Shown piece by piece: positions 62,818 through 64,000 of a stretch of 64,000 bases of DNA (its first letter is position 1; the number at the start of each line of letters is the position of its first letter). The position numbers and the translations under genes were made by a program. The stretch covers positions 219,964-283,963 of the forward strand of contig JADGBR010000001.1 of the NCBI GenBank assembly GCA_015231405.1, read 5' to 3'. This DNA comes from Candidatus Omnitrophota bacterium. Its GTDB lineage: Bacteria > Omnitrophota > Gorgyraeia > Tantalellales > Tantalellaceae. The notes under the pieces are model-generated. The model did not search any database and had not been told where the DNA came from. It saw only the letters and a list, made by a program, of their open reading frames with translations.

Positions 62818-64000
62818 ATGAGCATAAAAGTAAAAGAGCTTGCGTCAGAGTTGGGGATAAAGAGCGAAGAGCTCATGGATTTTCTAAAAAAACTATATCT
62901 CGATATTGCCGACGAGAATAGTCCGGTCGAGGATAAAATAGCCGGTCTTGTCCGCATTAAGCTCGGTAAAGGCCCTGAAAAGAAGAAAAAGGTCCCCGTC
63001 AAAACCGCAAAAGTTCCAAAGAATAAAGACGTTGATCTCTCTCTCCCGGAGGACGATAAGGGGATACCGTCAAAAGATACTAAAAAGAAGTCCGAAAAAG
63101 TTCAGGAAGAGGATAAAGAAGCGTCACCCAAAAAGCCCGTCGAACCGGTGGTCGAAACACCGGTTTCCAAGCCGGAGGAAACGATGATCGTTTCCGCTAA
63201 GGATTTCGATCAGCAGGGGCCTGTAAAGCCTATGCCCCGAAAGATGGACAGGGTCATCGTGGTGAGATCGGCGCTGGATGATCCCGAGGAAATTGCCAGG
63301 ATCAAAGCTGAGAAAGACGCCAAGGAAGCTAAGGAAGCCAAAGCCCAAAAGGATCAAAAACTTCCCAAGGATACGAAAGAGACCGCCGAAAGCAAGGGGC
63401 AGTCAGAGGTAAAAAGGATCAAACTCAGCCCGGATGCCATAAAATCAATAGAGCCTGAGGAAGAAAGCGTTGACGGTAAACGAAAGATAACGTTCGGTCA
63501 AAAAAAGTTTGTGAAGGGGGGTAGGGGAGCTCATGACTCCCCGTTCTCACACGGCCCCCGGAAAACACGGAAAGTATTTAAAGTTTTCAAGGAAGAGAAG
63601 CAGAGCGTCGCGTTCGAAGAGCTGAAACGCTTCGCCGGGACCGATTACCAGAAGGTTCAGCTGATTATGCCGACAGACATACGCTCAATAGCGGTAAAGT
63701 TGAATAAAAGACCGAACGATCTGATACAGTACCTTTTTACTAAAGGTTGCCTTGTCAACATCAACCAGCAGCTTGATGAAGCTTTGGTCAGGGATCTTTT
63801 AAAGGACCTCGGTTATGAACTTGAAATAACGATGACCATGGAAGAAGATCTCATGGCGGAACATCATGAGCAGGAGAAGGCGTATACGGTCTCCAGAGCT
63901 CCTGTCGTGACGTTCATGGGGCACGTCGATCACGGGAAAACATCCCTTCTTGATTATATCCGCAAAACAATGGTCACTAAGAAGGAAAAAGGAGGCATCA
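62818..64000 (+). CDS. infB: Translation initiation factor IF-2, N-terminal and start of G domain (3' end beyond window)
   Basis: ATG 62818 after the nusA stop. Lys/Glu-rich N-terminal region then [21 protein letters not shown]1 motif at window end; frame still open at 64000. Confidence 0.9.
   Translation, partial: MSIKVKELASELGIKSEELMDFLKKLYLDIADENSPVEDKIAGLVRIKLGKGPEKKKKVPVKTAKVPKNKDVDLSLPEDDKGIPSKDTKKKSEKVQEEDKEASPKKPVEPVVETPVSKPEETMIVSAKDFDQQGPVKPMPRKMDRVIVVRSALDDPEEIARIKAEKDAKEAKEAKAQKDQKLPKDTKETAESKGQSEVKRIKLSPDAIKSIEPEEESVDGKRKITFGQKKFVKGGRGAHDSPFSHGPRKTRKVFKVFKEEKQSVAFEELKRFAGTDYQKVQLIMPTDIRSIAVKLNKRPNDLIQYLFTKGCLVNINQQLDEALVRDLLKDLGYELEITMTMEEDLMAEHHEQEKAYTVSRAPVVTFMGHVDHGKTSLLDYIRKTMVTKKEKGGI

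Noticed and set aside
1-64000. CRISPR arrays, rRNA, tRNA, transposase/integrase-associated mobile elements
   Set aside because: No regularly spaced direct repeats with unique spacers. No rRNA/tRNA signatures. The only recombinase is a chromosomal XerC/D in the conserved dprA-topA-xerC context.

Overview
This is a 64 kb chromosomal segment from a diderm (LPS-producing) bacterium, roughly 48-50% GC. Every confident gene (about 62 CDS) is on the + strand, and many adjacent genes overlap by 4 nt (ATGA/GTGA), so the window reads as a run of long co-directional operons on the presumed leading strand. I found no tRNA, rRNA, CRISPR array or obvious mobile-element genes.

Gene content, in order:
- Housekeeping block: cysS (3' end), tmk, holB, ricT/PSP1, metG, an MGMT-family protein, a TatD hydrolase fused to a radical-SAM domain, a CPBP protease, mtnA, thiL, tsaE, tsaB, alr.
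- Branched-chain amino acid genes: ilvB-ilvH-ilvC-leuA.
- Aromatic block: aroE, a prepilin peptidase (pilD), aroC, and a shikimate kinase fused to PAS and HD-GYP domains.
- dprA-topA-xerC.
- A large LPS lipid A/Kdo/inner-core locus: kdtA, lpxK, an LpxL::ELM1-like fusion, a GT4::GT9 fusion, GT4, three GT9 heptosyltransferases, trxA, the hldE kinase domain, kdsB, kdsA, kdsD, kdsC.
- queD-queC-queE-queF, a second lpxL, an LptC/A-like gene, lptB.
- hpf (no rpoN), tig, clpP, a SerC-like class V aminotransferase, serA, a Gln/Pro-rich secreted protein, purA, uppS, cdsA, dxr, rseP, ispG, proS, a PilZ protein, rimP-nusA-infB (3' truncated).

The main non-coding signals are three small repeat families that form strong hairpins or palindromes at gene ends. 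One family (GTAACCAG) supplies the TAA stop codon of two unrelated genes 53 kb apart. There is also a consensus sigma70 promoter immediately followed by an intrinsic terminator upstream of rimP.

The least described protein-level features are the AroK-PAS-HD-GYP fusion, the TatD::radical-SAM fusion, the prepilin peptidase embedded in the aro operon, and the fused LPS-core enzymes. I cannot point to one clearly self-contained novel system. The candidates I would follow up are the repeat families and the c-di-GMP-linked shikimate kinase.
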